Of a stretch of DNA of 64,000 nt, positions 16,576 to 27,030 are shown one piece after another (within the stretch, counting starts at the first letter, position 1; each line of letters begins with the position of its first letter). Made by a program: the position numbers and the translations under genes. The notes below the pieces were generated by a model. The model saw only the letters and a list, made by a program, of their open reading frames with translations, searched no databases and was not told the DNA's origin. The DNA lies in contig JAEWXG010000012.1 of the NCBI GenBank assembly GCA_023396095.1, positions 97,718 to 161,717 on the forward strand. Direction: 5' to 3'. The DNA is from Bacillota bacterium (GTDB taxonomy: Bacteria > Bacillota > Clostridia > Christensenellales > UBA3700).

Positions 16576-18084
16576 TTATCCGTTTGCCTTTAAAAATCTC
16601 GAAAATTCTACTTCTATCTTATTATACATGATGTCAAAATTTTCTTCATTACTATTTATAGTTAAATTTGAAATCTCATCATAAAAATTTTTTCTTTTTT
16701 TTAATAAATCATCATAAGAATGATATTGTAAAATCTGATGATTTTTCGATACTTCTACATTGGACTCTAAATTCACTACAAATGAATTTTGGGAAATTAT
16801 TTCTCTATTCCTATTATTTTCAACAATCCCTCCACCAGTTGCAATAACGGCTCCTTTTTTTAAGCGTATTATATTTTCTAAAACAAAATTTTCTAAATTT
16901 CTAAAAAATGACTCACCAAGATTAGTAAATATATCAACAACAGACATCGACATAATTTTCTCAATAATTTCATCTATATCATAAAATTCTTTTGACATTT
17001 TTTCAGCTAACTTCTTCCCTATCGTTGTTTTTCCAGCCCCAGGCATACCTATAAGTGTAATATTCAATATTTGTTTACCAACTAATTCATAGACACCTTC
17101 CATATCTACAAGTATCGAATCCACGCCTTGAAAAATTTTCTCGCTCTCAACTCCTTGAACAAATAACATATAAAGTCCATTAATGGCCTTTAACCCGCAT
17201 TTTTTGGCTTGAATTAATAATTTAGAATAAAATGGAAAATAATTTAGATCAAGAACCCCATCATTAATATGTAAATACTTTAAATCAATTAATGCATAGT
17301 CATGTAAAACATTACCCACAGGAGTTGCGTTAATAACATATGAAAACTCAAAATCTCTAAGTTTATCTTGATAATTGGAATAATTTATTTCGCTAGAACG
17401 TCCAATAGTCAAAACGCAACTTGCTTTCATTTTCAACAAAACCTTTTTTACCATTTGACTAGTTGCGCCTGTCCCTAAAATGAGAAAAGCTCTATCTTCA
17501 ACAATCACATTATTCTTTCTCAATGTGGCCATAAATCCTTGTACGTCAGTATTATAGCCTTTAAATTTACTACCCTTTTTAATAATAGTATTCACGGAAC
17601 CAATCTCTTGGCCCACAGAATCTACGATGTCCAACCTTGATAAAATCTGTTTTTTAAATGGATTTGTAATATTCGCGCCTTTGAATTTTTCTGTAGTAAT
17701 ATATTTAATAATATCGTCGATATTTTTACATTGTACATGCCTATATTTTTTATTGTTTGCATACATATGTATATCTTTTGAAATTGAATAAAATAAATTT
17801 TCACCAAATAAAGCATATTCAACTTCGCCTTTACTTATAGCACTCTGTAGCTTTTTTGATTGGCTAAAAATTTCTTTATATATGTTTTTAATGCTTTCAG
17901 AATATTTGGAATTGTTAATGCTCTCATTATTTAATATTATATTTTCACGGGCAAGATCATAAATTGGCATATTGTTTTTCATTTTCTCTTTTGCAATAAT
18001 ACCAGATACTTCCATTCTTTTATTTAATAAATCAATAATTTCTTTATCTAAAATATCTATCTTCTCTCGCTCTTTTTCTAGCAT
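16576..18084 (-). CDS. trifunctional fusion: AroQ-type chorismate mutase / shikimate dehydrogenase (AroE) / shikimate kinase (AroK)
   Basis: N-terminus IDILDKEIIDLLNKRMEVSGIIAKEK (CM type II). Middle GANITNPFK...GSVNTI...GYNTDVQGF...ILGTGATS (AroE). C-terminus LIGMPGAGKTTIGKKLA...ATGGG (AroK). Confidence 0.8.
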   Translation of the reverse strand: MLEKEREKIDILDKEIIDLLNKRMEVSGIIAKEKMKNNMPIYDLARENIILNNESINNSKYSESIKNIYKEIFSQSKKLQSAISKGEVEYALFGENLFYSISKDIHMYANNKKYRHVQCKNIDDIIKYITTEKFKGANITNPFKKQILSRLDIVDSVGQEIGSVNTIIKKGSKFKGYNTDVQGFMATLRKNNVIVEDRAFLILGTGATSQMVKKVLLKMKASCVLTIGRSSEINYSNYQDKLRDFEFSYVINATPVGNVLHDYALIDLKYLHINDGVLDLNYFPFYSKLLIQAKKCGLKAINGLYMLFVQGVESEKIFQGVDSILVDMEGVYELVGKQILNITLIGMPGAGKTTIGKKLAEKMSKEFYDIDEIIEKIMSMSVVDIFTNLGESFFRNLENFVLENIIRLKKGAVIATGGGIVENNRNREIISQNSFVVNLESNVEVSKNHQILQYHSYDDLLKKRKNFYDEISNLTINSNEENFDIMYNKIEVEFSRFLKANG

Positions 18085-19136
18085 AATTTCTCCATTATCG
18101 CCAAAGCAACTGCTGATTCAATCAAAACTACAACTCTTGGGACAATGCAAACATCATTTCTACCATCAATCTTCCCAGTAGCTATTTTTTTCTGCCCATC
18201 CTCAAAAATTTCCAACAAACTAACATTTTGCTTAATAGCAGAAACAGGTTTTACGGCTACTTTAATAAGAATTGGCATCCCATTAGAAACACCTCCATTA
18301 ATTCCACCGTTATAATTATTTTTTAAAACAACTTTTTCTCCATCTAACGCAAAATCATCGATAACCTCACTTCCATAAGAATTTACAAAATCTATACCTT
18401 GCCCAAACTCAATACTTTTTACGCCAGGAATGGCAAAAATATATTTAGAAATAGTTCCTTCTAACGAATGAATATTCGGGCCCCCTAATCCAGCTGGGAC
18501 ATTGGTCGCAATACACTCAATACTACCTCCCACCGTGTCACCGTTCATCTGCGCTATCTTCATTTCTTTAATGAACTTTTCTTTATCATCACGTGAAACA
18601 ATAAAATTTTTATTAGAAATATCTATGCTCTCAATATTAAAGTTGTTTTGCTTGTAAGAAATTCCTTCTATTTTCCCTACGCTAGAAATGTAAGCCAACA
18701 TGTTGACTTTATATTTTTCTTCGAGATATTGATAGCATAGCCCACCTGCAATAGCCAATAAAACTGTCATCCTACCAGAAAATTCACCGCCACCAGGATG
18801 AATGCATCCATATTTTAAAAATGAAACATAATCAGCATGTCCAGGTCGACAAATATTAATGTTCTCATCTCTTTTAATATCTTGATTAATGACAAAAAAT
18901 TCTATTTCTTGAGCAATTATTTGTACTTTATCACCATCAATATTTTTTAATCCTACCCCAATATTTATCTCGTCGTTCTCGCGTCTTGTAGTCGACCATA
19001 CATCTAAAGTCGCTTTTCTTCTATCTATATATTGTTGCAAAATTGATAGACTAAAAATATATCCTTTTGGGAACCCTTCAATAATCACTGATATTTTGTT
19101 ATCTCTAGACTTCCCACTAAATCTAATACTTAACAT
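18078..19136 (-). CDS. aroC: chorismate synthase (divergent N-terminal signature)
   Basis: RPGHADY, GGEFSGRMT, GDTVGG, GGINGGVSNGMPI and GRNDVCIVPR are present. The N-terminus has GKSRD where GESHG is expected. Confidence 0.85.
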   Translation of the reverse strand: MLSIRFSGKSRDNKISVIIEGFPKGYIFSLSILQQYIDRRKATLDVWSTTRRENDEINIGVGLKNIDGDKVQIIAQEIEFFVINQDIKRDENINICRPGHADYVSFLKYGCIHPGGGEFSGRMTVLLAIAGGLCYQYLEEKYKVNMLAYISSVGKIEGISYKQNNFNIESIDISNKNFIVSRDDKEKFIKEMKIAQMNGDTVGGSIECIATNVPAGLGGPNIHSLEGTISKYIFAIPGVKSIEFGQGIDFVNSYGSEVIDDFALDGEKVVLKNNYNGGINGGVSNGMPILIKVAVKPVSAIKQNVSLLEIFEDGQKKIATGKIDGRNDVCIVPRVVVLIESAVALAIMEKLC

Positions 19137-19138
19137 TA

Positions 19139-20401
19139 TTACTCTACTCTCAATTTAAAATAATCATTCCAATAATCATTATATGACTTTTTAACACATT
19201 CAGGCTTTAATATTTTAATTTGGCTTTTGTTAACTAAAGCCATTATTGAATATGCCATAGCCATTCTATGATCTTGACCTTGGTATGTTAATGGTGTATC
19301 AATTACATCCTTTCCATAAATTACAAGCTTATCGCTTCGGACTTCTACATGAACAGATAGATTAATTAATAGCGATATTATACTTTCTTTTCTATCACTC
19401 TCTTTAAACTTAATTCGATCTATACTTTTTAAAATATTTTTTCCTTCGCTTAACGACATCAAAACAACCAATATAGGCCCTAAATCAGGATAATCTTCAA
19501 TATCAACCTCAACTGCATTTAGTTTTTCTTTTTTTACCTCAATATATTCATCAGTAATTTTCACAAAAGCGCCTGCATCTTGCAGTATTTTTAAGATTTG
19601 TGCATCTGCCTGTGGATAAATAAAATCTAAGCCATGAACTCTGATCTCCCCCGCAATGGCTGCCGCAACAAAAAATGGCGCCGCAGAAGACCAATCTCCA
19701 GTTGAAACAAAAACACTTTTATTTGGTACTTTAACTTTTTTTGCAAAAACAATATTATCTTCAAAAATTATTTCATATCCAAAATCTTTCATTATATTGC
19801 AAGTCATCTCAATATATTGTTTAGATACCAATTTATTTGTAATTTTTATTTTCTTTTTTGAATCTATGCATATTGCAAAAATTAATCCTGACACATATTG
19901 ACTGGATAAACTTGGATCTATTTCTAAAACTTTAGCTGAAATTTTACCACCACAATAAATTATATTTTTGTTTATTTCTATACTAGCGCCTGCCATATTC
20001 AAGGCTTCAACTAACGGTCCGATCGGCCTATCTATTAATGATTGTTCACAAACTATTTGTGCTTTCATTCCAGTCATTGCAATTATCGGCAAAATAAAAC
20101 GTAGTGTCGTCCCACTTTCATTAACATGAATTTCAACCTCTTTATCTTTTAAAATTTTGAGGTTCTTAATTGGCTGTATTTTTAATTCATTCTTATTTCT
20201 CTCAATTTTTACGCCTACCCCTTCTAAAAAATTGATGGTTGCCAAAATATCATCACAAATGTGTTCGCTTAATAATTTGATTGTTATATTGTCTTTTGCA
20301 AAAAATCCCCCTGCAATCAACATTCTATGCAAAAAAGATTTTGAATCAGGAATGTACACATCCCCTTTAATATTCGACTTACTTATTGTTAAAGTTTCCA
20401 T
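19139..20401 (-). CDS. aroA: 3-phosphoshikimate 1-carboxyvinyltransferase (EPSP synthase)
   Basis: Start set at ATG 20401 (METLTISKS), which follows a GGAG RBS. Contains SKSFLHRMLI, ESGTTLRF, DHRMAMA. It overlaps the aroB 3' end by 23 nt. Confidence 0.9.
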   Translation of the reverse strand: METLTISKSNIKGDVYIPDSKSFLHRMLIAGGFFAKDNITIKLLSEHICDDILATINFLEGVGVKIERNKNELKIQPIKNLKILKDKEVEIHVNESGTTLRFILPIIAMTGMKAQIVCEQSLIDRPIGPLVEALNMAGASIEINKNIIYCGGKISAKVLEIDPSLSSQYVSGLIFAICIDSKKKIKITNKLVSKQYIEMTCNIMKDFGYEIIFEDNIVFAKKVKVPNKSVFVSTGDWSSAAPFFVAAAIAGEIRVHGLDFIYPQADAQILKILQDAGAFVKITDEYIEVKKEKLNAVEVDIEDYPDLGPILVVLMSLSEGKNILKSIDRIKFKESDRKESIISLLINLSVHVEVRSDKLVIYGKDVIDTPLTYQGQDHRMAMAYSIMALVNKSQIKILKPECVKKSYNDYWNDYFKLRVE

Positions 20402-21419
20402 GACAAATCTCCAATAACTCTTGAGCTGCAAAATTACATCTTAATGGCTCGCCAATATCTTTCAATAATATTAATTCTATAAAATTCTCATTACTATTCT
20501 TCTTATCCTTATACATGAGTGGTAATAACTCCCTGATATTGTAACTTATGTTATTAACCTCAAAATTATTAAATACCTCATTAATTTCTTTATATTGAGT
20601 AATTTCTCCAAATTTTTTCATTGATATGTCTAAAATAAATTTTAAACCGTATAACACTGCTACTCCGTGAGAAATCATATATTTTGATTTTTCCTCTATT
20701 GCATGCGCAAATGTGTGACCTAAATTTAAATTTTTACGCATTCCCATATCTAGTACATCTTTAGAAAAATATTTATACTTAACCCCTAATGACATCTTAA
20801 TAATTTTAGGTGATATATGTTTTTTTGTTTTTAAAAAATACTCACAAAATGACTTGTCTAATAAAACATATTTTAATAACTCTCCATAACCAGACAAAAT
20901 TTCTTTTTGTGGTAATGTTTTTAAAAAATTAAGATTTATATAAACTGCATCAGGCTCATAGAATGTCCCAACCATATTTTTCCCTTCAAAATTAATTCCA
21001 TTTTTTCCACCTAAGCATGAATCAATCATAGATAGAAAGGTTGTTGGCATCATACAGAATTTCAACCCTCTTTTAAAAGTTGATACAGCAAATCCTACTA
21101 CATCACTAAGTGTCCCGCCTCCAACTACCAGCACACAATCATTTCTTTTTAAACTCTCTTTAGCAAAAATTGATAAAAAATTAATATATGAATCAATTAT
21201 CTTAACCTGTTCTCCAGATTCACTGACTATAAGCTTATAATTGGTTGCTAAAAATTTACTGGAAATTTGCGGATATAATTTAGCAACATTTTTATCAATT
21301 ACAACAAGCACCTTATCATATTTCAAAAGATTTTGTTTTATTACGTCAAAATAACCTTCATTAATTTCTTCATTAATTAAAATATTTGTTTTACCTAAAA
21401 AATAATTATACTTGCTCAT
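20379..21419 (-). CDS. aroB: 3-dehydroquinate synthase
   Basis: 346 aa: VVGGGTLSDVVGFAVSTFKRGL...LNLGHTFAHAIE. This is the DHQS nucleotide/metal-site pattern. Confidence 0.9.
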   Translation of the reverse strand: MSKYNYFLGKTNILINEEINEGYFDVIKQNLLKYDKVLVVIDKNVAKLYPQISSKFLATNYKLIVSESGEQVKIIDSYINFLSIFAKESLKRNDCVLVVGGGTLSDVVGFAVSTFKRGLKFCMMPTTFLSMIDSCLGGKNGINFEGKNMVGTFYEPDAVYINLNFLKTLPQKEILSGYGELLKYVLLDKSFCEYFLKTKKHISPKIIKMSLGVKYKYFSKDVLDMGMRKNLNLGHTFAHAIEEKSKYMISHGVAVLYGLKFILDISMKKFGEITQYKEINEVFNNFEVNNISYNIRELLPLMYKDKKNSNENFIELILLKDIGEPLRCNFAAQELLEICHGNFNNK

Positions 21420-22431
21420 TTTTTAAAACATTAAAAATATTTGTAACTGTTTTTACAGTATTAGATAATTGCATAGCATTTAAAGCTTGCCTTGCATCAG
21501 ATTTGGCTACGCAAGGATTATAATGGGCCTCAACCATAATACCATTCGCTCCAGCTGCTATAGCTGCCATAGAAAGCCTATTAACATATTTTGCATTGCC
21601 TAAGGCATGACTTGGATCTACTATTACTGGTAAATGTGTTTTTTCTTTTAAAATTGCTACTGCAGATAAATCTAATGTCGCTCTCACTTCTTGCTCAAAC
21701 GTTCTTATTCCACGTTCACATAAAATTATATTACTATTGCCGGATAACATAATATATTCTGCACTCAATAACCATTCCTCAACTGTATTTGCAAATCCAC
21801 GTTTCAAAATGACAGGACGCCCATCGCGCCCAATCTCTTTTAATAAACTGAAATTCTGCATATTCCTTGCACCTATCTGCAAAATATCAATATCCTTATA
21901 TGAATCAATATCACGAATATCCATTATTTCCGTCACTACTGGCAACCCTACTTGTTTTTTTGCAAATGAAATTAGATCAAAAGCGTTCTTTCCTAACCCT
22001 TGAAAAGAATATGGCGATGTTCTAGGCTTAAATGCTCCTGCACGAAAAATATTTACACCGCTATCTTTTACCATCTGTGCTGTTTGTAAAATTTGCTCTT
22101 TATCTTCTACAGCGCAAGGCCCGGCAATAATAGTCAAGTTATTACCGCCAATAACTTGTCCATTTACATGAATAATCGTATCTTCTTCTTTAAAGAGTCT
22201 ACTTGCTTTCTTGTATTTTTCCTCATGACAAACAATCGTTTTAACAATATTAAAAGATTTTATCCAGTTAGAATCAACAGTTAGCGGCTCAGACTGTATC
22301 GCCAAAAAAGCAACCCCATTCTCCTCAACGATATTAAATTGAATATCATTTTCAATTAAATTTGTTAAAAGAACTTCCTTATCTTTTTCAGTCCCATCTT
22401 TTTTTAATACAACAATCATGTCATCCCTCAT
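21406..22431 (-). CDS. 3-deoxy-7-phosphoheptulonate (DAHP) synthase, type I-beta with an N-terminal ferredoxin-like regulatory domain
   Basis: IIAGPCAVE...FKPRTSPYSFQGLG...DPSH. There is a ~75-aa N-terminal extension as in Thermotoga-type enzymes. An alternative start is ATG 22419. Confidence 0.9.
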   Translation of the reverse strand: MRDDMIVVLKKDGTEKDKEVLLTNLIENDIQFNIVEENGVAFLAIQSEPLTVDSNWIKSFNIVKTIVCHEEKYKKASRLFKEEDTIIHVNGQVIGGNNLTIIAGPCAVEDKEQILQTAQMVKDSGVNIFRAGAFKPRTSPYSFQGLGKNAFDLISFAKKQVGLPVVTEIMDIRDIDSYKDIDILQIGARNMQNFSLLKEIGRDGRPVILKRGFANTVEEWLLSAEYIMLSGNSNIILCERGIRTFEQEVRATLDLSAVAILKEKTHLPVIVDPSHALGNAKYVNRLSMAAIAAGANGIMVEAHYNPCVAKSDARQALNAMQLSNTVKTVTNIFNVLKNEQV

Positions 22432-22587
22432 AGAATAATTGCCTATGCAATTCGGTTCTTATTATACATTAATTTATATTCATTCACTAACATATTTATT
22501 AATAATGCCTATTAGTAAAAGTGTTTTTGTTCAAATATGCTGTGAATAGTGGTATTATATTATGGATAAAATCAAAGCGAGGTTTTT

Positions 22588-23805
22588 ATGTTCAACACAA
22601 GAAAAATAAATGACACTCTTTTTTATATCGGCGTGCCTGACACAAAAATTACTTTATTTGAAAACATGTATCCTGTAGAAAATGGCATGCAATATAACTC
22701 ATATCTATTTGTAGATAAGTATACTGCTCTAATGGACACATCCGACATATCAACTAGCAATTTATTTTTTGAAAATCTGCTTTATGCCTTAAATGGACGT
22801 TCTTTAGATTATTTAGTTGTTCATCATATGGAACCAGATCATTGTGCAAATATAAGCAATATAGTAAAACATTTTCCTAATGTGAAAATAGTTGGAAACA
22901 AAAAAACTTTCACGTTTATTGAGCAATTTTTTCAAGAAGATTTAAAAAACAACTATTTCGAAGTATCTGAGGGCTCAATTCTAGATTTAGGAGTTAACAA
23001 ACTTGAATTTATATGCGCTCCTATGATTCATTGGCCTGAAGTTATGTTTAGTTATGAACATACCAATAAACTTTTATTTTCTGCCGACGCTTTTGGTTCT
23101 TTCGGCGCCCTAAAAGGTCATATTTTTTCAAGCGATATAAACTTTAACAATTATTTAGAAGAATTTAGAAGGTATTATATTAATATTGTCGGTAAATTTG
23201 GAGTTAATGTAAAAAATACAATAGTAAAAATTGCTAATAAAACTATCAATCTAATTCTTCCATTGCACGGAGTTGTATTAAATAACAAAAAAGATATTAA
23301 CTTAGCTATTGAAAAATATACTACTTGGTCCACTTTCAAAGCAGAAGATTCTGGTGTTGTTATTTGTTATGCAACCATGCACAATAACTCTGAAAACGCA
23401 AATTTTATTCTCGCTAACTATTTATCAGAATTAGGCGTTAAAAATATTGAAATGTTTGATTTGTCAAAATATGATCACTCCTATCCGATTGCTAAATCTT
23501 TTCAATATTCACACTTGGTTATAACTGCCCTATCTTATTATGGCGCATTGCACCATTCAGTTGCACACTTCTTAAATAAACTAGCGTTTGATAACTTTCA
23601 AAACAAGAGAGTCGCTTACATATATAATTCAACTTGGGCATCAGCAGCACTAAAAGAAGCTAAAGAATATATAGAAAAATGTAAAAATATAACTGCAATC
23701 GAAAAAGAAGTAATTATAAAAAGTTCTGTTTCTCGTGAAAATTACAATGATTTAAAAGAATTAGCAAAAATAATTGCTCAAGAAATATTATCTAATAAAA
23801 TTTAG
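22588..23805 (+). CDS. flavodiiron protein (FprA-type: metallo-beta-lactamase-like diiron domain plus flavodoxin-like domain)
   Basis: 405 aa. The diiron ligand motif HxExDH is present as HMEPDH, and the length and two-domain layout fit the FDP family. Confidence 0.8.
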   Translation: MFNTRKINDTLFYIGVPDTKITLFENMYPVENGMQYNSYLFVDKYTALMDTSDISTSNLFFENLLYALNGRSLDYLVVHHMEPDHCANISNIVKHFPNVKIVGNKKTFTFIEQFFQEDLKNNYFEVSEGSILDLGVNKLEFICAPMIHWPEVMFSYEHTNKLLFSADAFGSFGALKGHIFSSDINFNNYLEEFRRYYINIVGKFGVNVKNTIVKIANKTINLILPLHGVVLNNKKDINLAIEKYTTWSTFKAEDSGVVICYATMHNNSENANFILANYLSELGVKNIEMFDLSKYDHSYPIAKSFQYSHLVITALSYYGALHHSVAHFLNKLAFDNFQNKRVAYIYNSTWASAALKEAKEYIEKCKNITAIEKEVIIKSSVSRENYNDLKELAKIIAQEILSNKI

Positions 23806-24202
23806 AAATATAATTTTCTATATTATATGTATCTAATTTTCTATTATTTACAGGCAATACATCAATAATATCGATGCCACTTTGTTGTGCATCAATCTTC
23901 CACTTTTCCATCCATTCTCCATTGCCCCAATCAAATGCCCCAAATAGACCAACTTTCTTATTTTTTAAAGAATCTTTTACTGTTAAATAAAAAGGTAAGA
24001 AAACATTTTCTTCCAATTCTTCCGCGCCGGACGCTGGGCAGCCTAAAAACACGACTTCGTATTGATTAATTAAATTAATATCAAAATCTTGCACTTCACT
24101 CATATCTGTCACATATTTTTTCGAAATATATGTATATATATCATCAGCTATAACTTCAGTGTTCCCCGTATTAGAATAATACACTATTAAAGCTCTCTTC
24201 AT
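23792..24202 (-). CDS. short-chain flavodoxin
   Basis: 136 aa. The N-terminus ALIVYYSNTGNTEVIA is the flavodoxin FMN-phosphate-binding signature. Confidence 0.85.
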   Translation of the reverse strand: MKRALIVYYSNTGNTEVIADDIYTYISKKYVTDMSEVQDFDINLINQYEVVFLGCPASGAEELEENVFLPFYLTVKDSLKNKKVGLFGAFDWGNGEWMEKWKIDAQQSGIDIIDVLPVNNRKLDTYNIENYISKFY

Positions 24203-24667
24203 TTATCCACTAACCTTACAAACATCTATCCAATTTTGCGATTTACTAGCAAGCTCTAGCTCTTCTGAAGATAATTCTACCGCACTATTGGCTGTCCCTA
24301 CTGCCGCAAATGTTGTCGTAAATCTCTTTAAAGATTTATCTAGATATATATCAATATCTTTTGAAACTAAAAAAGGACATACCCCACCAACATCGTAACC
24401 TATCTTTTCCTTTACTAATTCCTTAGGAATCATTTTAGCTTTTACCCCAAAATGCGCCTTATATTTGGCATTGTCAATTTTTGCATCACCAGCTACAACA
24501 ATTAATATTGGTCTTTCATCTTGCAAAAAAAATGAAAGTGTTTTTGCTATTCTATTCTCGGCAACCCCTACAGCTTTAGCCGCATCAACTATTGTTGCAG
24601 TTGACACATCAAAAAAACGAACTCTATTTGCCAAATTTAATTCCTTAAAATATTCAATTAATTCCAT
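24203..24667 (-). CDS. YbaK/EbsC-type aminoacyl-tRNA trans-editing deacylase
   Basis: 154 aa with KTLSF...ILIVVAGD...GYDVGGVCPF, characteristic of the YbaK/ProX domain. Confidence 0.7.
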   Translation of the reverse strand: MELIEYFKELNLANRVRFFDVSTATIVDAAKAVGVAENRIAKTLSFFLQDERPILIVVAGDAKIDNAKYKAHFGVKAKMIPKELVKEKIGYDVGGVCPFLVSKDIDIYLDKSLKRFTTTFAAVGTANSAVELSSEELELASKSQNWIDVCKVSG

Positions 24668-24864
24668 CTCATCCTCTTTAAGTATTATACGCGATTTTTA
24701 AGGTATCTTGCAAACAGCCATACCAAATAAAATTGCTTGGTTATTAAATATACAGACATGTAACACATATGACACAAAATTTTATTAATTTATACTAATA
24801 ACAATTAATTAATAAGAAAAATTTGTTATACTTAGATTATACATATTTTTGAGGGGGCAATACT

Positions 24865-25392
24865 ATGAAGAAAAATGAAAATGATACTCAAGTAGTTCAA
24901 AATCAAGAAATCCAAACAAAACCACAAAAACTTCCAATATCTTTCTACTTTAACATTTTATCCATGTTACTATTTTTGTTCATTACAATATGGGGAATGG
25001 CAAAAAAAGATTATGCTCATACCAGTTTTAGATATGTTGCTATTTCTTTTGTTGTTATATACTCAGTTGTATTAATAGGATTAATTATCTATATGCTCAT
25101 AGCAAAAAACAATAACAAGCAAATGTTAAAAGACATGAAGACTGCCGGGAAAACTTTTAAAAGTACATTAGCCATATTAAATAAGATTGTTGTTTTAATC
25201 AATATTATAGCTGCACTAGCAATATCAATTACTCAATACCAAGCAGCAAAAGAAGCAGGTAGTAAGATTCCTTTTTCTTTCTATATATCAATCATTGCTT
25301 CTATCTTTGCATTAACAGCAGCAATATCTTTTATATTTAAAAAATCAAGAAAAATATATAAGAGTAATAAAAAGCTAAAGAAAAACAATTGA
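24865..25392 (+). CDS. hypothetical membrane protein (about 4 TM segments)
   Basis: 175-aa ORF with a GAGGGGG RBS, four hydrophobic stretches and a lysine-rich C-terminus. Confidence 0.5.
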   Translation: MKKNENDTQVVQNQEIQTKPQKLPISFYFNILSMLLFLFITIWGMAKKDYAHTSFRYVAISFVVIYSVVLIGLIIYMLIAKNNNKQMLKDMKTAGKTFKSTLAILNKIVVLINIIAALAISITQYQAAKEAGSKIPFSFYISIIASIFALTAAISFIFKKSRKIYKSNKKLKKNN

Positions 25393-25420
25393 AGAAAAAA
25401 TAAATAAAATACACATATAT

Positions 25421-25457
25421 AAACAAATCAAATATGATTTATTTGATTTGTTTTTTT
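25421..25457. terminator. hairpin terminator between convergent genes
   Basis: AAACAAATCAAATA (25421-25434) pairs with TATTTGATTTGTTT (25440-25453) and is followed by a T-run. Confidence 0.6.
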
Positions 25458-27030
25458 ATTGCTCTACAAGTTTTTTGTAGTCTATTTTTCCGATATTAGT
25501 TAAAGGCAATTCTTTAATTATTTCAATTTCCTTTGGTAAACTATACTTCGATAACTTATTAGATAAAATTGAAAACACCTCTTCTTGTATTTTGATTTTA
25601 TCAATCACTTGGGGCTCCTCCAACACTAGAAATAACTTCAAACACAATTTACCTTTTTTATCATTTTGGGCCACCACTGCAGCATCCTTAACATTCGCGT
25701 GTTCACGTGCTAAATTCTCTATTTCATGGATAAACACATTGACTCCAGATATTTTAACAACATTCTTTTTGCGTTCAACGAAATATGCATATCCATCTTC
25801 ATCTAAATAAAAAATATCGCCTGTTTTAACCCATTTAATTCCTTCATTATCCGCATATATTACCTTGCTGGTTTCCTCCTGATCTTCAAAATATCCATTC
25901 ATTATAGTAGATCCACTTATATGTAATTCTCCACACTCAAATGGGCCGAGAATTTTTCCGAAGTCATCTACAATTTTGTATTTTACGCCTTCTAAAGGTC
26001 TACCTACGCTACCTTCTTTCCCCATTTCATCTGATGCTGAGGTTACAGTAACGAGTTCAGTTAAACCATAGCCTTCGTAAACTTTCTCAACTGAAGATTT
26101 CTCCTTTAACAATTCATTGAATTTTTTCCTTAAATTGATATTTAAAACATCACCACCAACATAGCATTTCTTAATTTGTTTTACTACACTTGAATTAAAT
26201 AGATTATTATCAAAAAACTTAGAAATCATATTTGGCACGGCCAAAATAATATTAGTTTTATACTTATTCATTTGAGAAACAATATAATCAATCTCCTTAT
26301 TCTCTATTAAAGTGATTGTCCCATTTAGGGCAAGGAAACTATGCATTCCTATTACTAATCCGTAGCCATGAAATAATGGTAAAACAACGAGCGCATTATC
26401 ATTCTTAGAATATGTTTGATGATGAGATATTCTTTTTGCAATTTTGGATGCTAATTCATTAACAGCATAAGAACTTAGTTCAACTAATTTTGGAACTCCT
26501 GATGTTCCTCCACTGTTTAGAATTAGAGCCGTTTTATATGGATTGCAATTGCACGCATGTGACATATCAATCTCACTTTTACAATCATTAAAATCATATG
26601 TGTTTTTGCACTTTAGCCCCAAACTATTTAAACCACATATAATTATCTTTATATTTTCATTTACCCCAAGTTTAATTAGCCCTTTAGCAACATGGGGTGT
26701 CGTAAATATTAATTTTGTACGTGTCTTTTCTAATACATCTATAATCCCACTCAAAGGTATTGCATCGTGAATTATGTTAACTATTAAACCGGCCTTATTT
26801 ATTGCATAAAAAGCATATACACTTTCCAAAATATTAGGCAAACACAAGGAAACAACCGTTTCTTCTGAAAATTTAAAACTATTTATATAATTTGCTAAGG
26901 AATTAATATTTTTAAATAATTCTTTTCCTAAAATAATACTATCGCTAAAATAAATTGCATCACTAGTCAAATCCAATGATGCAAGCAAATATTCATATAT
27001 AGAGCTTTTAGTATCGTTATTACTTATCAT
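25456..27030 (-). CDS. AMP-dependent synthetase/ligase (long-chain fatty-acid-CoA ligase-like)
   Basis: LNSGGTSGVPKLVELS (AMP-binding P-loop), YGLTE and TGD motifs; 524 aa. Confidence 0.85.
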   Translation of the reverse strand: MISNNDTKSSIYEYLLASLDLTSDAIYFSDSIILGKELFKNINSLANYINSFKFSEETVVSLCLPNILESVYAFYAINKAGLIVNIIHDAIPLSGIIDVLEKTRTKLIFTTPHVAKGLIKLGVNENIKIIICGLNSLGLKCKNTYDFNDCKSEIDMSHACNCNPYKTALILNSGGTSGVPKLVELSSYAVNELASKIAKRISHHQTYSKNDNALVVLPLFHGYGLVIGMHSFLALNGTITLIENKEIDYIVSQMNKYKTNIILAVPNMISKFFDNNLFNSSVVKQIKKCYVGGDVLNINLRKKFNELLKEKSSVEKVYEGYGLTELVTVTSASDEMGKEGSVGRPLEGVKYKIVDDFGKILGPFECGELHISGSTIMNGYFEDQEETSKVIYADNEGIKWVKTGDIFYLDEDGYAYFVERKKNVVKISGVNVFIHEIENLAREHANVKDAAVVAQNDKKGKLCLKLFLVLEEPQVIDKIKIQEEVFSILSNKLSKYSLPKEIEIIKELPLTNIGKIDYKKLVEQ

